From: an uncultured Clostridia bacterium
GTDB lineage: Bacteria; Bacillota; Clostridia; Oscillospirales; Acutalibacteraceae
Length of the DNA stretch: 64,000 nt
Direction of reading: 5' to 3'
Assembly (NCBI GenBank): GCA_944384985.1
Contig: CALWVM010000010.1
Span: 235 to 64,234, forward strand
Positions within the stretch are counted from its first letter, which is position 1, and each line of letters begins with the position of its first letter. Of the stretch, positions 28,126 to 38,876 are shown piece by piece. The position numbers were made by a program, and so were the translations under genes. The notes beneath the pieces are model-generated. The model saw nothing but the letters and a program-made list of their open reading frames with translations, was not told the origin of the DNA and did not search any database.

Positions 28126-28571
28126 AAGAACAATCTGCAGCCGGGATCCTCGAAACAACGATTGAAAAGGTTAAGAACCTTGTCAGCGTCAGCACGATCA
28201 TCGGCGACCCCATGCAAATCGAAGGGATGACGATTATCCCCGTCTCCAAGGTAACCTATGGCTTTGCGTCAGGCGGCTCGGACTTTCCCTCCAAGACCAA
28301 TCAGGAGATCTTCGGCGGCGGCGGCGGTGCCGGTGTGACGATCACGCCGGTCGCGTTTCTGGTGATCGCCGACGGTGAAGTCACGATCAAGCACATTACG
28401 GCGTTTGACAACGCTGCGGAACGCGTGGTCAATCTCGTTCCCGAAATGTTTGATAAGGTGACCTCCGTCGTCAATAAGGCGAAAAAGGAAAAAGCCAAGG
28501 CTGCGCAGGATGCGGCGGATGATGCGCTTGTGAGTGCGACAATGGAAGAACTCGCAAAACCTGAGGCGTAA
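28122..28571 (+). CDS. ytfJ: sporulation protein YtfJ (GerW family)
   Basis: GDPMQIEGMTIIPVSKVTYGFASGGSDF and GGGGGAGVTITPVAFLV motifs. Confidence 0.88.
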   Translation: MKEQSAAGILETTIEKVKNLVSVSTIIGDPMQIEGMTIIPVSKVTYGFASGGSDFPSKTNQEIFGGGGGAGVTITPVAFLVIADGEVTIKHITAFDNAAERVVNLVPEMFDKVTSVVNKAKKEKAKAAQDAADDALVSATMEELAKPEA

Positions 28572-28666
28572 AAAATAGGACGAACCTCACCTGCATATAC
28601 TTATGTTGATTCTGATTTTCCGCTTGGCTGTTTGGTGCAGCCGGGCGGAAAATCGAGCTTTGGCAG

Positions 28667-29833
28667 GTGTTGAAGTTGTCTGTGAAAATGCTTTCCGTTT
28701 TCCTTTGCGCGGCGATTTTACTTGCGCTTTTTCCCGTAAAAAGCGCAGCCGCTTCACCCGGTGACCTTTCCGCGCAGGCTTGTGTTTTGATGGTCGCGGA
28801 TACGCGCGAGGTGCTGTATGCCCGCAATGAAAGCGAACAGCTTTCCATGGCGAGCACAACCAAGATTATGACGGCGCTTTTGGCGATTGAGAGCGGCGTT
28901 CCGGAGCGTGAGATCGTTGTGACCGACGAGATGGTGCGCGTGGAGGGTACGTCCATCGGGCTGCTTGCAGGCGATACCATTTCCGTAAAGACGCTGGTTT
29001 CAGGAATGCTTTTAGAATCCGGCAACGATGCCGCCAATGTGACGGCATATGCCGTGGCAGGCGGGATTGAACCGTTTTTGGAACTGATGAATGCCAAAGC
29101 ACAGGAGATCGGGATGCAAAATACGCATTTTGATACCGTGTCGGGTTTAGATTCCGCGGACCATTATTCCACCGCCTACGATATGGCGCTTTTGGCGGCA
29201 TGTGCGATTGAAAATGCGCTGTTCCGGCAGATCTGTTCACTCGAAAGTGAGCGCGTATATTATGGTAACCCGCCGTATGCGCGTACTTTGCGCAATCATA
29301 ATCGGCTTTTACAAAGCTATGACGGGGCATTCGGCATCAAAACGGGATATACCAAAAAGAGCGGCAGGTGCTTGGTATCCGCCGCTGAGCGTAACGGCGT
29401 CACGCTCATTGCCGTGACACTCAACGCCCCAAATGACTGGTCGGATCACCGTAAGCTGTTGGATTATGGATTTTCCGTGACACAGGCAAAGGATTGTTCG
29501 GATCTGACTGCCGCGCTGCCTTCTGTCCCCGTAGTTGGTGGGGAGGCGGTGTCTGTGCGTGCTGTGTTTTCCGAAACACCGTATATTGATGTTACGGAAA
29601 ATACGCCGCAGATCAGCGCAGAGGTGTTCGTGCAGCCTTTTTTGTATGCGCCGGTGGAGGCTGGCGACTGTATCGGGTCCGTTCGATATTCTATGGACGG
29701 CGATACGGTTCTGGAAATTCCGCTGGTAGCAGAACAGGCGGTTCGAAGTGTGACGACGTCACAAACGGAGGAAACGCAGACGAAAAAACCCTCTTTTTGG
29801 GAAAGAATTCAAAGCATATTCAGGCGGGAGTAA
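28667..29833 (+). CDS. D-alanyl-D-alanine carboxypeptidase (S11, DacB/DacF-like)
   Basis: Signal peptide; SMASTTKIMT (SxxK), SGND (SxN) and KTGYT (KTG) motifs. Start at GTG 28667 or ATG 28688. Confidence 0.9.
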   Translation: MLKLSVKMLSVFLCAAILLALFPVKSAAASPGDLSAQACVLMVADTREVLYARNESEQLSMASTTKIMTALLAIESGVPEREIVVTDEMVRVEGTSIGLLAGDTISVKTLVSGMLLESGNDAANVTAYAVAGGIEPFLELMNAKAQEIGMQNTHFDTVSGLDSADHYSTAYDMALLAACAIENALFRQICSLESERVYYGNPPYARTLRNHNRLLQSYDGAFGIKTGYTKKSGRCLVSAAERNGVTLIAVTLNAPNDWSDHRKLLDYGFSVTQAKDCSDLTAALPSVPVVGGEAVSVRAVFSETPYIDVTENTPQISAEVFVQPFLYAPVEAGDCIGSVRYSMDGDTVLEIPLVAEQAVRSVTTSQTEETQTKKPSFWERIQSIFRRE

Positions 29834-29834
29834 C

Positions 29835-30587
29835 ATGGCGGACGAAAAAATCAGGCTGCAAAAATTTATGGCGGATCACGGCGTGGCCTCCCGCAGAAAA
29901 TGTGAGGATATGATCGCAGCGGGCACCGTGCGCATCAATGGGCGTATTGCGACTATCGGGGATAAAGTTAATCCGCATGCGGATACGGTCACGGTGCAGG
30001 GCGAAGCGATCCGTCAAAATGTGCAAAATGTTTACTACATGCTTCACAAGCCGCGCGGCTACATCACGACCATGCACGATGAAAAGGGCAGAAAATGCGT
30101 CGCGCAGTTGATCGAAGAGATCCCGGAGCGCGTATACCCCGTTGGCAGACTTGACCGGGAATCTGAAGGGCTTTTGCTGCTTACCAACGACGGCGATTTT
30201 GCCAATGCATTGACGCACCCGTCTTCGCACGTTCCAAAGACATACCGTGTGACCGTGCGCCCGGCGGTAACGGGCGGGCAGGTTTCGGCGCTTGCCGACG
30301 GCGTCGAGATCGACGGCAGAAAGACGCTGCCTGCCGATATCCGTGTTTTGGAAAGCGACGGTGGCAGAACCGTTTTGGAAATCGTGATTTATGAAGGCAG
30401 AAACCGCCAGATCCGCAAAATGTGCGAGGCGGTGGGCCTGACGGTGGCACGTCTGAAACGTACCAGGATCGGCAGTGTCAAACTCGGGATGCTGAAAGCC
30501 GGCGCGTGGCGACCTTTAAGTGCGGCGGAAGTTCGTACGCTTTTGCAGGCCGCCGGAAAAAGAAAGGAACACCATGCTGTTTTGTAA
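29835..30587 (+). CDS. rluB: 23S rRNA pseudouridine synthase RluB family
   Basis: RLQKFMADHGVASRRKCEDMI (S4), GRLDRESEGLLLLTNDG and EGRNRQIRKM motifs. Confidence 0.9.
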   Translation: MADEKIRLQKFMADHGVASRRKCEDMIAAGTVRINGRIATIGDKVNPHADTVTVQGEAIRQNVQNVYYMLHKPRGYITTMHDEKGRKCVAQLIEEIPERVYPVGRLDRESEGLLLLTNDGDFANALTHPSSHVPKTYRVTVRPAVTGGQVSALADGVEIDGRKTLPADIRVLESDGGRTVLEIVIYEGRNRQIRKMCEAVGLTVARLKRTRIGSVKLGMLKAGAWRPLSAAEVRTLLQAAGKRKEHHAVL

Positions 30588-30963
30588 ACCGTTTACGGAT
30601 ATGTCCGAAATCCGTGCGCTGTTTCCTACGCGATCTTTGGACGGCGAAGGGGTTTACGGCGCTTATACGGCGCTGGAAAATGACTTGCCGCTGGGCAAAT
30701 GCTTGGTGCGTGTACAGGGGAACGAGTGTCGAATTTTACAAATCGAAACACAGTCTGCAGACGCCCTGCTTTGTGAACTGCTTGTGCGTGCAGCGCTGCA
30801 TTTTGCCGCAAACCGCGGCGCGTTTACGGCGCGATGCGCATTGCCGCAATACAAAAGTACACTGTTGACGCTCGGCTTTCGAGAACAGGACGGTGAATTC
30901 TGCGGTGAGATCCCGACACTCTTGCAAGGGAGCTGTCAGAACTGCCATACGCCGGAGAGTTGA
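30574..30963 (+). CDS. hypothetical small protein (possibly degenerate GNAT-like)
   Basis: 129 codons from an ATG overlapping the rluB end by 14 nt; coding-like GC3. LLTLGF resembles a GNAT C-terminal motif; ends with CQNC. Confidence 0.45.
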   Translation: MLFCKPFTDMSEIRALFPTRSLDGEGVYGAYTALENDLPLGKCLVRVQGNECRILQIETQSADALLCELLVRAALHFAANRGAFTARCALPQYKSTLLTLGFREQDGEFCGEIPTLLQGSCQNCHTPES

Positions 30964-31018
30964 CAGCAGAAGAAAAGCGTTGTAAAATAAACCGATAACT
31001 GCAAAAAGGTGAAAGTCT

Positions 31019-31897
31019 ATGATCAAAAGCATGACCGGCTTCGGCAGAGCACAGACTACGATAGACGGTATGACCGTAACCGTTGAACTCAAAAGCGTCA
31101 ACCATCGCTATTTTGAATTCAGCGCCCGGGTTCCGCGCAATTATGGCTTTTTGGAAGAAAAGCTGAAAAGCTTCGTGAACGCTTCGGTCACACGCGGAAA
31201 AACAGAATGCTTCGTCGGCATTGAAAACCCTGAAAACGACGAGGTGGAGGTCATTGTGAATACGGCCTTGGCGCGCGGTTATGCCGCGGCGATCCGTTCA
31301 CTTGCGGGTTTGGTCGGTACAAATGAGCAGCCGACCGCGTCGCAGCTGTCGCGTTTCCCCGATGTTTTGACCGTACATAAGGCGGAACCGGACGAAGCAC
31401 GCGTGTGGAATGCTGTGCAGCAGACAACACAGGCCGCGCTGGATCAATTTCTCGCCATGCGGCAGACCGAGGGTGAAAGATTACGTGCGGACATTCTTTC
31501 CCGTGCTGACCGTATTGCAGAGCTTGTTGCTTTTGTGGAATCCCGTTCGCCGCAAACGGTGCAAGAGTATAATGAAAAGCTGCACCGCCGTATGGCGGAA
31601 TTGCTTGGTGACGCCAATGTGGACGAGCAGCGGCTTTTGACTGAGGCGGCGATCTTCGCCGACAAGGTCGCAGTGGATGAAGAAACGGTTCGCCTGCACA
31701 GCCACCTTTCCCAGCTGCACGACTTTCTGGATGCTGATGAGCCCATCGGCAGGAAGCTCGATTTTCTGGTGCAGGAGATCAACCGTGAATCGAACACCAT
31801 CGGTTCCAAGGCACAGGATGTGGAGATCGCCAAAGCGGTGATCAACATCAAAGCAGAAGTGGAAAAGATCCGCGAACAGGTGCAGAACATCGAGTGA
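31019..31897 (+). CDS. yicC: YicC-family stress-induced protein
   Basis: [12 protein letters not shown]-terminus and C-terminal [14 protein letters not shown] motif. Confidence 0.92.
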   Translation: MIKSMTGFGRAQTTIDGMTVTVELKSVNHRYFEFSARVPRNYGFLEEKLKSFVNASVTRGKTECFVGIENPENDEVEVIVNTALARGYAAAIRSLAGLVGTNEQPTASQLSRFPDVLTVHKAEPDEARVWNAVQQTTQAALDQFLAMRQTEGERLRADILSRADRIAELVAFVESRSPQTVQEYNEKLHRRMAELLGDANVDEQRLLTEAAIFADKVAVDEETVRLHSHLSQLHDFLDADEPIGRKLDFLVQEINRESNTIGSKAQDVEIAKAVINIKAEVEKIREQVQNIE

Positions 31898-31943
31898 TCT
31901 GTACTTTGAAACGCGGAAAGGGAAGGCGCGAATACGTTTGGGT

Positions 31944-32213
31944 ATGAGACTAATCAATATCGGATTTGGCAACGCAGTCAATGCTGACCGCGTCCTGGCA
32001 GTTGTTTCGCCGGATTCTGCCCCTGTTAAGCGAATGGTTCAGGAGGCGCGCGATCGGCATTTGCTGATTGATGCCACGCAGGGTCGGCGTACCCGGGCGG
32101 TGCTTGTCACGGACAGCGACCATGTGATCCTGACCTATTTGCAGACGGAGACAATTTTAAGCCGCTTCAATTCCGAAGGCGGAGATCAGGAGGCGGCCAA
32201 TGAGCAGCGGTAA
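31944..32213 (+). CDS. remA: RemA (DUF370) regulator
   Basis: [51 protein letters not shown] closely resembles B. subtilis RemA as I recall it. Confidence 0.9.
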   Translation: MRLINIGFGNAVNADRVLAVVSPDSAPVKRMVQEARDRHLLIDATQGRRTRAVLVTDSDHVILTYLQTETILSRFNSEGGDQEAANEQR

Positions 32214-32763
32214 ACTTGTTTTGTTCTCCGGTCCGTCCGGTGTGGGTAAAGATACGCTTTTGGAGGTGCTTGCCAAGAAGCGCCCCAGCTTGCAGCGTTC
32301 GATCTCCCTGACGACACGGCAGCGCCGTGCGGGGGAAACGGACGGGGTGGATTATTTTTTTGTTTCGCCCGAACATTTTCAGGAACTGCTTTCTAACGGC
32401 GATGTTCTGGAATTTGCACAGTACGGCACCAACCTGTACGGTACGCCGAAAAAGCCCGTGGACAAATGGCTGCGGGAGGGAAAAACGGTTATCCTCAAAA
32501 TTGAGGTGCAGGGCGCGGAAAAAATCATGCGTATGTATCCGCAGGCGCTGTCGGTGTTTATTATGCCGCCGTCTATGGAGGTGCTCGAACAGCGATTGCG
32601 CGAACGCGGTACGGAGGATGAGGAAGATCTCCGGCGGCGCATGCAAATCGCACGCGAGGAGATCCGCAAAAGCCGTGAGTATGACTACATCATCGTCAAC
32701 GACAGTCTGGAGCGTGCCGCAGACGAATTTTTAACGATTTTAGATGAAACTGCAAAACAATAA
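32200..32763 (+). CDS. gmk: guanylate kinase
   Basis: [10 protein letters not shown]-loop and [18 protein letters not shown] motif. Confidence 0.95.
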   Translation: MSSGKLVLFSGPSGVGKDTLLEVLAKKRPSLQRSISLTTRQRRAGETDGVDYFFVSPEHFQELLSNGDVLEFAQYGTNLYGTPKKPVDKWLREGKTVILKIEVQGAEKIMRMYPQALSVFIMPPSMEVLEQRLRERGTEDEEDLRRRMQIAREEIRKSREYDYIIVNDSLERAADEFLTILDETAKQ

Positions 32764-32778
32764 AGTGAGGGAAATACA

Positions 32779-32988
32779 ATGTTCAATCCGGATTTAAAAG
32801 ATGTTCTGAAAGACCATGTCAGCCGCTATTCACTGGTGACGGCGACAGCAAAGCTCGCACGCGAGATTTCCGACAAGGCACTGGAAGACGGTGAGATCAT
32901 AACGGAAAAGCCCGTAAGCCTTGCACTGGATGAGATCGTTGAGGGCAAGTATAAGATCATTGAGCCGGAGGAGATCCGCGATATCTGA
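32779..32988 (+). CDS. rpoZ: DNA-directed RNA polymerase subunit omega
   Basis: 69-aa ORF with SRYSLVTATAKLAREI, in the conserved gmk-rpoZ position. Confidence 0.88.
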   Translation: MFNPDLKDVLKDHVSRYSLVTATAKLAREISDKALEDGEIITEKPVSLALDEIVEGKYKIIEPEEIRDI

Positions 32989-33004
32989 ACGAGAGGTGAA
33001 TCGA

Positions 33005-35467
33005 GTGGCGGAGATAATTGCGAAAGTGGCTGTGGAAAACGCCGCTTACAGCTTTGACGACGCTTTCGATTACGCCATCGGGGAGGCTCTGCGCGCGGCT
33101 GTTCGGCCCGGGATGCGTGTTCTTGTGCCTTTTGGCAAGAGCAACCGCAAGCGGCAGGGGATGGTGTTTGCCCTGCGCGAAAATAAGCATCCCGAAAAGA
33201 AACTGAAAGCCATCGCTGAGGTTTTGGACCACGCCCCGCTTTTGAATAACGAACTTTTACGACTGGCCGTATTCCTGAAGGAACACACCTTCTGCACGCT
33301 GTTTGAGGCGGCAAAGGCGATGCTTCCGTCGGGAATAGGGCTTCGTTTTGTTTTGTCCTATCTTGCAAATCCCGATGCCATAGCGGAAAAGGCGGAACCG
33401 ACGCTTTCCGAAGAAGAATTGAAGGTCTTCTCTTACCTGCGGGAGAAAGGCGTTTTTGTACGCCGTGAAAAGATCCTGAAAGAGCTCGGCCTTCCGCAGG
33501 ATTCCCGTGTGCCGGAAGATATGGTCCAAAAGGGGCTGTTGCTTCGAAATACGGATGCGCACCGCCGAATCGGGGATGCGACCGTTAAAATGACACGGCT
33601 GACAGAGGCGTATATGCGGCGGGAACTCGCCGTGAAACTGACCAAAAAGCAAAAAGATGTGGTTTCGCTTCTTGAGACCGTCGGTTCGGCAGCGGTCAAG
33701 GAGATTTGCTATTTCACAGGCGTTACGCCGGCTGTAGTTTCAACGTTAGCCGGCAAGGGTGTAGTGGAACTGTTCGAAAACGAGACGTTTCGCCGCCCGC
33801 AGTTTACGCGTACGTCTTCTCAGCCACAGCCCATCTGCTTAACGCAGGAACAGTCTGCCGTATTCGACGGCCTGCGCGCGCAGATGCAAACGGAAAAACC
33901 CGGAACCGCGTTGTTGTTTGGCGTAACGGGTTCCGGAAAAACGCAAATTTATATGAAACTTCTGGATGCCTGCATTGCCGCAGGCCGCACCGCGATTGTG
34001 ATGGTGCCGGAAATCTCGCTGACGCCGCAGATGCTCGCCTTGTTTTATGAGCGTTACGGGAGCACGGTCGCCGTATTTCACAGCGCACTTTCCATGGGGG
34101 AGCGGCTTGACGAATGGAAACGCGTGAAAAAAGGTGATGCAAAAATCGCGCTCGGCACACGTTCTGCGGTGTTTGCGCCGTTGGAAAATATGGGACTCGT
34201 CATTTTGGACGAGGAGCAGGAGCACACTTATAAATCTGAAATGACGCCGCGCTATCATGCACGGGATGTGGCGCACTACCGCGCTGCGGAGCATCATGCG
34301 CTGCTGCTGCTTGCTTCGGCGACGCCGTCTTTGGAAAGCTATGCGCGCGCGCAAAGCGGCGTGTATACGCTCTATGAACTCCCAAATCGCTATGGTGGTG
34401 CGGTGCTTCCCGAGGTACGCACGGTTCCGATGCCGCTGCACCGGGGGAATGTGTCGCAGCTAAGCGATGAATTACTCGAGGACCTTCGCGGTACGCTTGA
34501 TGCCGGGCAGCAGGCGATTCTGCTTTTGAACCGGCGCGGGTACAACACGTTTGCCGCCTGTTCGGCCTGCGGGAAAGTGATGACCTGCCCGAATTGCAGT
34601 ATTTCGCTGACATACCATGCGCGCAATCATCGGCTGATGTGCCACTACTGCGGCTACTCTGAGCCGTTCACGGATACCTGCCGATTTTGCGGTGAAAAGC
34701 AGGTCACCTATTCCGGTTACGGCACGCAAAGGCTGGAGGATGAGCTTACCGAAGCCCTGCCGCAAGCGCGGATCTTACGGCTGGATACGGACGCGACGGT
34801 TTCCAGATATTCTTTTGAAAATGCTCTAAAAAAGTTCACAAATTACGAGTATGATATTATGGTCGGTACACAGATGGTGGCAAAAGGGTTGGATTTTCCG
34901 AATGTCACGCTTGTGGGCGTTGTATCTGTGGACCAGATGCTTTATAACGACGACTATAAAAGCGCGGAACGCACGTTTGACCTGCTCACGCAGGTCGTCG
35001 GGCGCGCCGGACGGGGTGACAAACGCGGGCGTGCCGTGATCCAAACAGCGTTTCCAGACAACGAGATTATCCGTCTTGCGCAGAAACAGGATTTTCATGC
35101 ATTTTTCGAGCTTGAAATGCAGATCCGCAAAGCCATGGTTTATCCGCCGTATTGTGATTTGTGCGCCATCGGCTTTACGGGGACAGAAGAGGCGCGCGTC
35201 AAGGCGGCCGCGCAGGTGTTTCTGGAAAGTTTGAAAACGCTGCACCGTACGCAGTTTGCAGATTTGCAGTTGATTGCGCTCGGCCCCATAGCCCCGCGCA
35301 TTGCCCGTGCTGCGGGGAAATACCGCTTTCGGGTCTTGCTCAAAGGCAGGAACAATCGGCGCTTTCGGGCATTTATTGCACAGCTGCTCAAAGATTTTGC
35401 TAAGCAGTCTGCGTTTGTAAAACATGTTTCGGTTACTGCGGATATCAATCCGGAAAACATATATTGA
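33005..35467 (+). CDS. priA: primosomal replication protein N-prime (PriA helicase)
   Basis: GVTGSGKT Walker A, ILDEEQEH, and the zinc-binding region CPNCSISLTYHARNHRLMCHYCGY. Start at GTG 33005 or 32996, after GAGAGG; the ORF-track start at 32921 overlaps rpoZ. Confidence 0.92.
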   Translation: MAEIIAKVAVENAAYSFDDAFDYAIGEALRAAVRPGMRVLVPFGKSNRKRQGMVFALRENKHPEKKLKAIAEVLDHAPLLNNELLRLAVFLKEHTFCTLFEAAKAMLPSGIGLRFVLSYLANPDAIAEKAEPTLSEEELKVFSYLREKGVFVRREKILKELGLPQDSRVPEDMVQKGLLLRNTDAHRRIGDATVKMTRLTEAYMRRELAVKLTKKQKDVVSLLETVGSAAVKEICYFTGVTPAVVSTLAGKGVVELFENETFRRPQFTRTSSQPQPICLTQEQSAVFDGLRAQMQTEKPGTALLFGVTGSGKTQIYMKLLDACIAAGRTAIVMVPEISLTPQMLALFYERYGSTVAVFHSALSMGERLDEWKRVKKGDAKIALGTRSAVFAPLENMGLVILDEEQEHTYKSEMTPRYHARDVAHYRAAEHHALLLLASATPSLESYARAQSGVYTLYELPNRYGGAVLPEVRTVPMPLHRGNVSQLSDELLEDLRGTLDAGQQAILLLNRRGYNTFAACSACGKVMTCPNCSISLTYHARNHRLMCHYCGYSEPFTDTCRFCGEKQVTYSGYGTQRLEDELTEALPQARILRLDTDATVSRYSFENALKKFTNYEYDIMVGTQMVAKGLDFPNVTLVGVVSVDQMLYNDDYKSAERTFDLLTQVVGRAGRGDKRGRAVIQTAFPDNEIIRLAQKQDFHAFFELEMQIRKAMVYPPYCDLCAIGFTGTEEARVKAAAQVFLESLKTLHRTQFADLQLIALGPIAPRIARAAGKYRFRVLLKGRNNRRFRAFIAQLLKDFAKQSAFVKHVSVTADINPENIY

Positions 35468-35477
35468 GGTGAACCAA

Positions 35478-35966
35478 ATGGCAATTCGAAATATTCGGGT
35501 CAAGGGAGATCCGATTCTGCGTCTGAAGAGCCGCCGCGTGGAACGCTTTGACAACCGCCTGTTTACACTGCTCGACGACATGCGCGAGACGATGTACCGT
35601 GCAGACGGCTGCGGGCTTGCCGCTGTGCAGGTCGGCGTGCTCAAACGTGTTGTGGTGATCGACGTCGGCGACGGCCCGATCGAGCTGATCAATCCCGAAA
35701 TTATAGAGACGCGCGGCGAGCAGATGGAACCCGAGGGCTGCCTTTCTTTGCCCGGCGAGAGCGGTATCACGCTTCGTCCACAGTTCGTACGTGTTCGTGC
35801 GCAGAACCGCGCGGGGGAAATCTGTGAATTCACGGGGGAGGATCTTCTGGCAAGAGCGTTCTGCCACGAGATCGACCATCTGGACGGCATTCTTTATACC
35901 CAGCGCCTTGCGCCGAAAGAAGCGCTTGAACGCCTGCGGGAAGAGCATCCCGAAACGGAGGTGTAA
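35478..35966 (+). CDS. def: peptide deformylase
   Basis: GLAAVQVG, EGCLSLPG and HEIDHLDG motifs. Confidence 0.95.
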   Translation: MAIRNIRVKGDPILRLKSRRVERFDNRLFTLLDDMRETMYRADGCGLAAVQVGVLKRVVVIDVGDGPIELINPEIIETRGEQMEPEGCLSLPGESGITLRPQFVRVRAQNRAGEICEFTGEDLLARAFCHEIDHLDGILYTQRLAPKEALERLREEHPETEV

Positions 35967-35970
35967 CCCT

Positions 35971-36897
35971 ATGCGCATTGTATTTATGGGTACGCCTGAC
36001 TTTGCCGTTCCCTGTCTTTTACGTCTGCTTTCGGATGGGGAAGAGGTTGTTGGCGTGTTTACCCAACCGGACAAGCCGAAAGGCCGCGGCTATGCGCTCA
36101 CGCCGCCGCCCGTGAAAACGGCGGCACTCGAGCATGAAATTCCTGTTTTTCAACCCAATACACTGCGTGACGGAGAAGCGGAAAAAACCATTCGAGCGCT
36201 TGCACCTGACCTGATTGTCGTGGTGGCATACGGAAAAATTTTACCGGCGGAAATCCTATTTCTTCCCCAATATCATTCTGTCAATATCCATGCTTCGTTG
36301 CTGCCGAAATACCGCGGCGCTGCGCCGATCCAATGGTGCATTCTGCAAGGAGAAAAGAAAACCGGCGTGACCTCGATGCTTATGGATGAGGGGCTTGATA
36401 CGGGCGATATGCTGTTGCATAGGGAAACGGAAATTGCGGAAAATATGACTGCCGGGGAACTGCACGACGTGCTTTCGGAACTTGGCGCGCAGGTGCTGTC
36501 CGAAACGGTTGCGGGCATTCGCACAGGGACACTGCACCCGATTCCGCAAACCGGGGAAAGCTGCTACGCCCCGATGCTTACAAAAGGACTTTGTCCGTTG
36601 GACTTTTCCAAACCCGCGCAGGAAGTGCACAACCAGATCCGCGGACTTTCCCCCTATCCTGCGGCTACGTTCCGGCTTTCTGGCAAACGCATCAAGGCTT
36701 TCCGCAGCACACTCGGCGGCAGCGCCAAAGGTTTAAAGCCAGGTACGGCTGCCTTTTGCGAATCGGATATTGTGGTCGCCTGTGGGGACGGGAATCTCGT
36801 GCATATCACCGAGCTGCAGCCGGAGGGGAAAAAACGCATGTCTGCGTCTGCTTACCTTGCCGGGCATAAGCTGCCCGAAGGAACGATTCTTACGTAA
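35971..36897 (+). CDS. fmt: methionyl-tRNA formyltransferase
   Basis: MRIVFMGTPDFAV N-terminus and HASLLPKYRGAAPIQ motif. Confidence 0.95.
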   Translation: MRIVFMGTPDFAVPCLLRLLSDGEEVVGVFTQPDKPKGRGYALTPPPVKTAALEHEIPVFQPNTLRDGEAEKTIRALAPDLIVVVAYGKILPAEILFLPQYHSVNIHASLLPKYRGAAPIQWCILQGEKKTGVTSMLMDEGLDTGDMLLHRETEIAENMTAGELHDVLSELGAQVLSETVAGIRTGTLHPIPQTGESCYAPMLTKGLCPLDFSKPAQEVHNQIRGLSPYPAATFRLSGKRIKAFRSTLGGSAKGLKPGTAAFCESDIVVACGDGNLVHITELQPEGKKRMSASAYLAGHKLPEGTILT

Positions 36898-36914
36898 TTA
36901 GGCGGTGTTCCGTT

Positions 36915-37592
36915 TTGTATTATTATTCTTATTTTTTGCTGGTCATTCCGGCGCTGATTATCTCGTTGATTGCACAACAGCGGGTCAATGCCGCATATCG
37001 CCGGTTTTCCGGTGTGCAGAATATGCGGGGGCTTACCGGTGCGCAGGCTGCAGCGGCCGTGCTGCAATTTTACGGCGTACAGGGCGTTCGAATCGAGCAT
37101 ATCCGCGGGAAACTCAACGACCATTACGATCCGCGCGAAAATGTGATCCGCCTTTCTGACGGCGTTTACGGCAGCTGCTCGGTAGCGGCGGTTGGAATCG
37201 CTTGCCACGAGGCGGGGCATGCCGCACAGTATGCGCAGGGGTATGTGCCCATCAAGGTCCGAAACGCCATACTCAGACCTGCACAGATCGGCTCAAACGT
37301 CGCCTGGCCGCTTGCGATTCTCGGCTTGTTCCTCAACTCGCAGCCGCTTGTGCTTTTTGGTATTATTCTGTATCTTGCCGTTTTGCTGTTTCAGCTTGCA
37401 ACACTGCCCGTGGAATTCAATGCAAGCCGGCGCGCGATCTCTGTGATCGAACAGACTGGGCTGCTTGCAGGCCAGGAATCCGACGGCGCGGTCAAAGTGC
37501 TTCGTGCGGCGGCAATGACCTATGTTGCGTCGTTTGCCGTGACCGCCGCTAACCTGCTGCGGCTTCTGCTGCTTGCAAACAGAAGGAAGTAA
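36915..37592 (+). CDS. YugP-like membrane zinc metallopeptidase
   Basis: GIACHEAGHAAQY (HExxH) with flanking TM segments. Confidence 0.8.
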   Translation: MYYYSYFLLVIPALIISLIAQQRVNAAYRRFSGVQNMRGLTGAQAAAAVLQFYGVQGVRIEHIRGKLNDHYDPRENVIRLSDGVYGSCSVAAVGIACHEAGHAAQYAQGYVPIKVRNAILRPAQIGSNVAWPLAILGLFLNSQPLVLFGIILYLAVLLFQLATLPVEFNASRRAISVIEQTGLLAGQESDGAVKVLRAAAMTYVASFAVTAANLLRLLLLANRRK

Positions 37593-37595
37593 CGT

Positions 37596-38876
37596 ATGGA
37601 TGAACGGCAAACAGCCTTTCGTGTACTACTGCGCATTGAGCGCGAAAAGGCATATTCGAACCTGGCACTGGACGCCGAGCTGAAACGTGCGGCGGACGGA
37701 ACACCGGCGGCATTTGTAACGGCGCTTGTTTACGGTGTTCTGGAGCGGCAGCTGACACTGGATTACGCGTTACAGCGTTTTTTGCAAAAACCCTTTCGGA
37801 AATTACGCCCCGAGGTGCGCGTAGCGCTTCGCATGGGTGCCGAACAGCTTTATTTCATGGATAAAGTGCCCGCATCTGCGGCGGTGAATGAAAGTGTAAA
37901 GCTTGTCAAGAAAAATGGTTGTGCATATGCGGCGGGACTTGTGAATTCCGTACTGCGCAGAGCGTCTGAAACGCCGCTTACATATCCCGATACCGGGGAC
38001 CGCGCTGCGGATTGGAGCATTCGGTATGCCTGCCCGAAACCGCTTGTTGCGCTTTTTTTGAAGGAGTATGGCCCAGAGGATACCGAGGGCATTTTAGCCG
38101 CGTCTTTGGGCGGCGCGCCGACTGTGCTTCGGGTCAATACACTGAGGACAACGGCACAAGACCTGCAACACAGATTGCAAGACGAGGGCGTGGAAACGGT
38201 TTTGGGACCCTTGGAACATACGTTAACCGTCCAAAAGGGCCGCGCACTCGAACAGCTCCCGGCATACCGCGACGGGCTTTTTCATGTGCAGGATACGGCA
38301 AGCGCGCTGTGCGTGCAGGCGCTGGATTTGCAGGCGGGGCTTACACTTTTGGATATGTGCGCTGCGCCCGGCGGGAAAAGCTTTACTGCCGCTGAGCAAA
38401 TGCAGAATCAGGGCAAGATCCTTGCCTTCGATCTGCATGCGCAGCGCGTTCGGCTGATTCAAGAGGGCGCCGGGCGGTTAGGAATTTCGATTTTGGATGC
38501 CCACCCGCTCGATGCCTCTGTTTTTCATGCGGAACTTGCCGACACAGCGGATCGTGTTTTGTGCGACGTGCCCTGTTCGGGGCTCGGCGTTCTGCGGCGA
38601 AAGCCCGAGATTCGAATGCGCGAGCTTACATTTATTGACAATTTGTCCGAAGTACAGTATAATATTTTAGTCCATGCGTCAAAATATCTGCATGTAGGCG
38701 GCTTGTTGGTCTATTCGACCTGCACGCTCAACCGTGCGGAAAATGAGGGCGTTTGCGACCGGTTTTTACAGGCACACCCCGCGTTCCGTAAGGACGGGGA
38801 TTACAGGACCCTTTTGCCGCATAAAGATGGAACAGACGGCTTTTTCATCGCGCGGCTTCGGAGAATCCAACCGTGA
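37596..38876 (+). CDS. rsmB: 16S rRNA (cytosine967-C5)-methyltransferase
   Basis: NusB-like N-terminus; DMCAAPGGKS, DVPCSGLGVLRRKPE and YSTCT motifs. Confidence 0.93.
   Translation: MDERQTAFRVLLRIEREKAYSNLALDAELKRAADGTPAAFVTALVYGVLERQLTLDYALQRFLQKPFRKLRPEVRVALRMGAEQLYFMDKVPASAAVNESVKLVKKNGCAYAAGLVNSVLRRASETPLTYPDTGDRAADWSIRYACPKPLVALFLKEYGPEDTEGILAASLGGAPTVLRVNTLRTTAQDLQHRLQDEGVETVLGPLEHTLTVQKGRALEQLPAYRDGLFHVQDTASALCVQALDLQAGLTLLDMCAAPGGKSFTAAEQMQNQGKILAFDLHAQRVRLIQEGAGRLGISILDAHPLDASVFHAELADTADRVLCDVPCSGLGVLRRKPEIRMRELTFIDNLSEVQYNILVHASKYLHVGGLLVYSTCTLNRAENEGVCDRFLQAHPAFRKDGDYRTLLPHKDGTDGFFIARLRRIQP

Noticed and set aside
28612-28650. Hairpin ttttccgc...gcggaaaa upstream of the carboxypeptidase gene, considered as a regulatory RNA
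   Set aside because: It is a simple 8+5 bp hairpin with no conserved riboswitch core that I recognise. It is most simply a weak terminator or attenuator after ytfJ, and there is not enough evidence for a feature call.
34826-36074. Minus-strand ORFs of 354 aa and 209 aa opposite priA, def and fmt
   Set aside because: These are shadow ORFs of well-supported + strand genes, with Arg/Ser/Pro-rich composition and no recognisable motifs.
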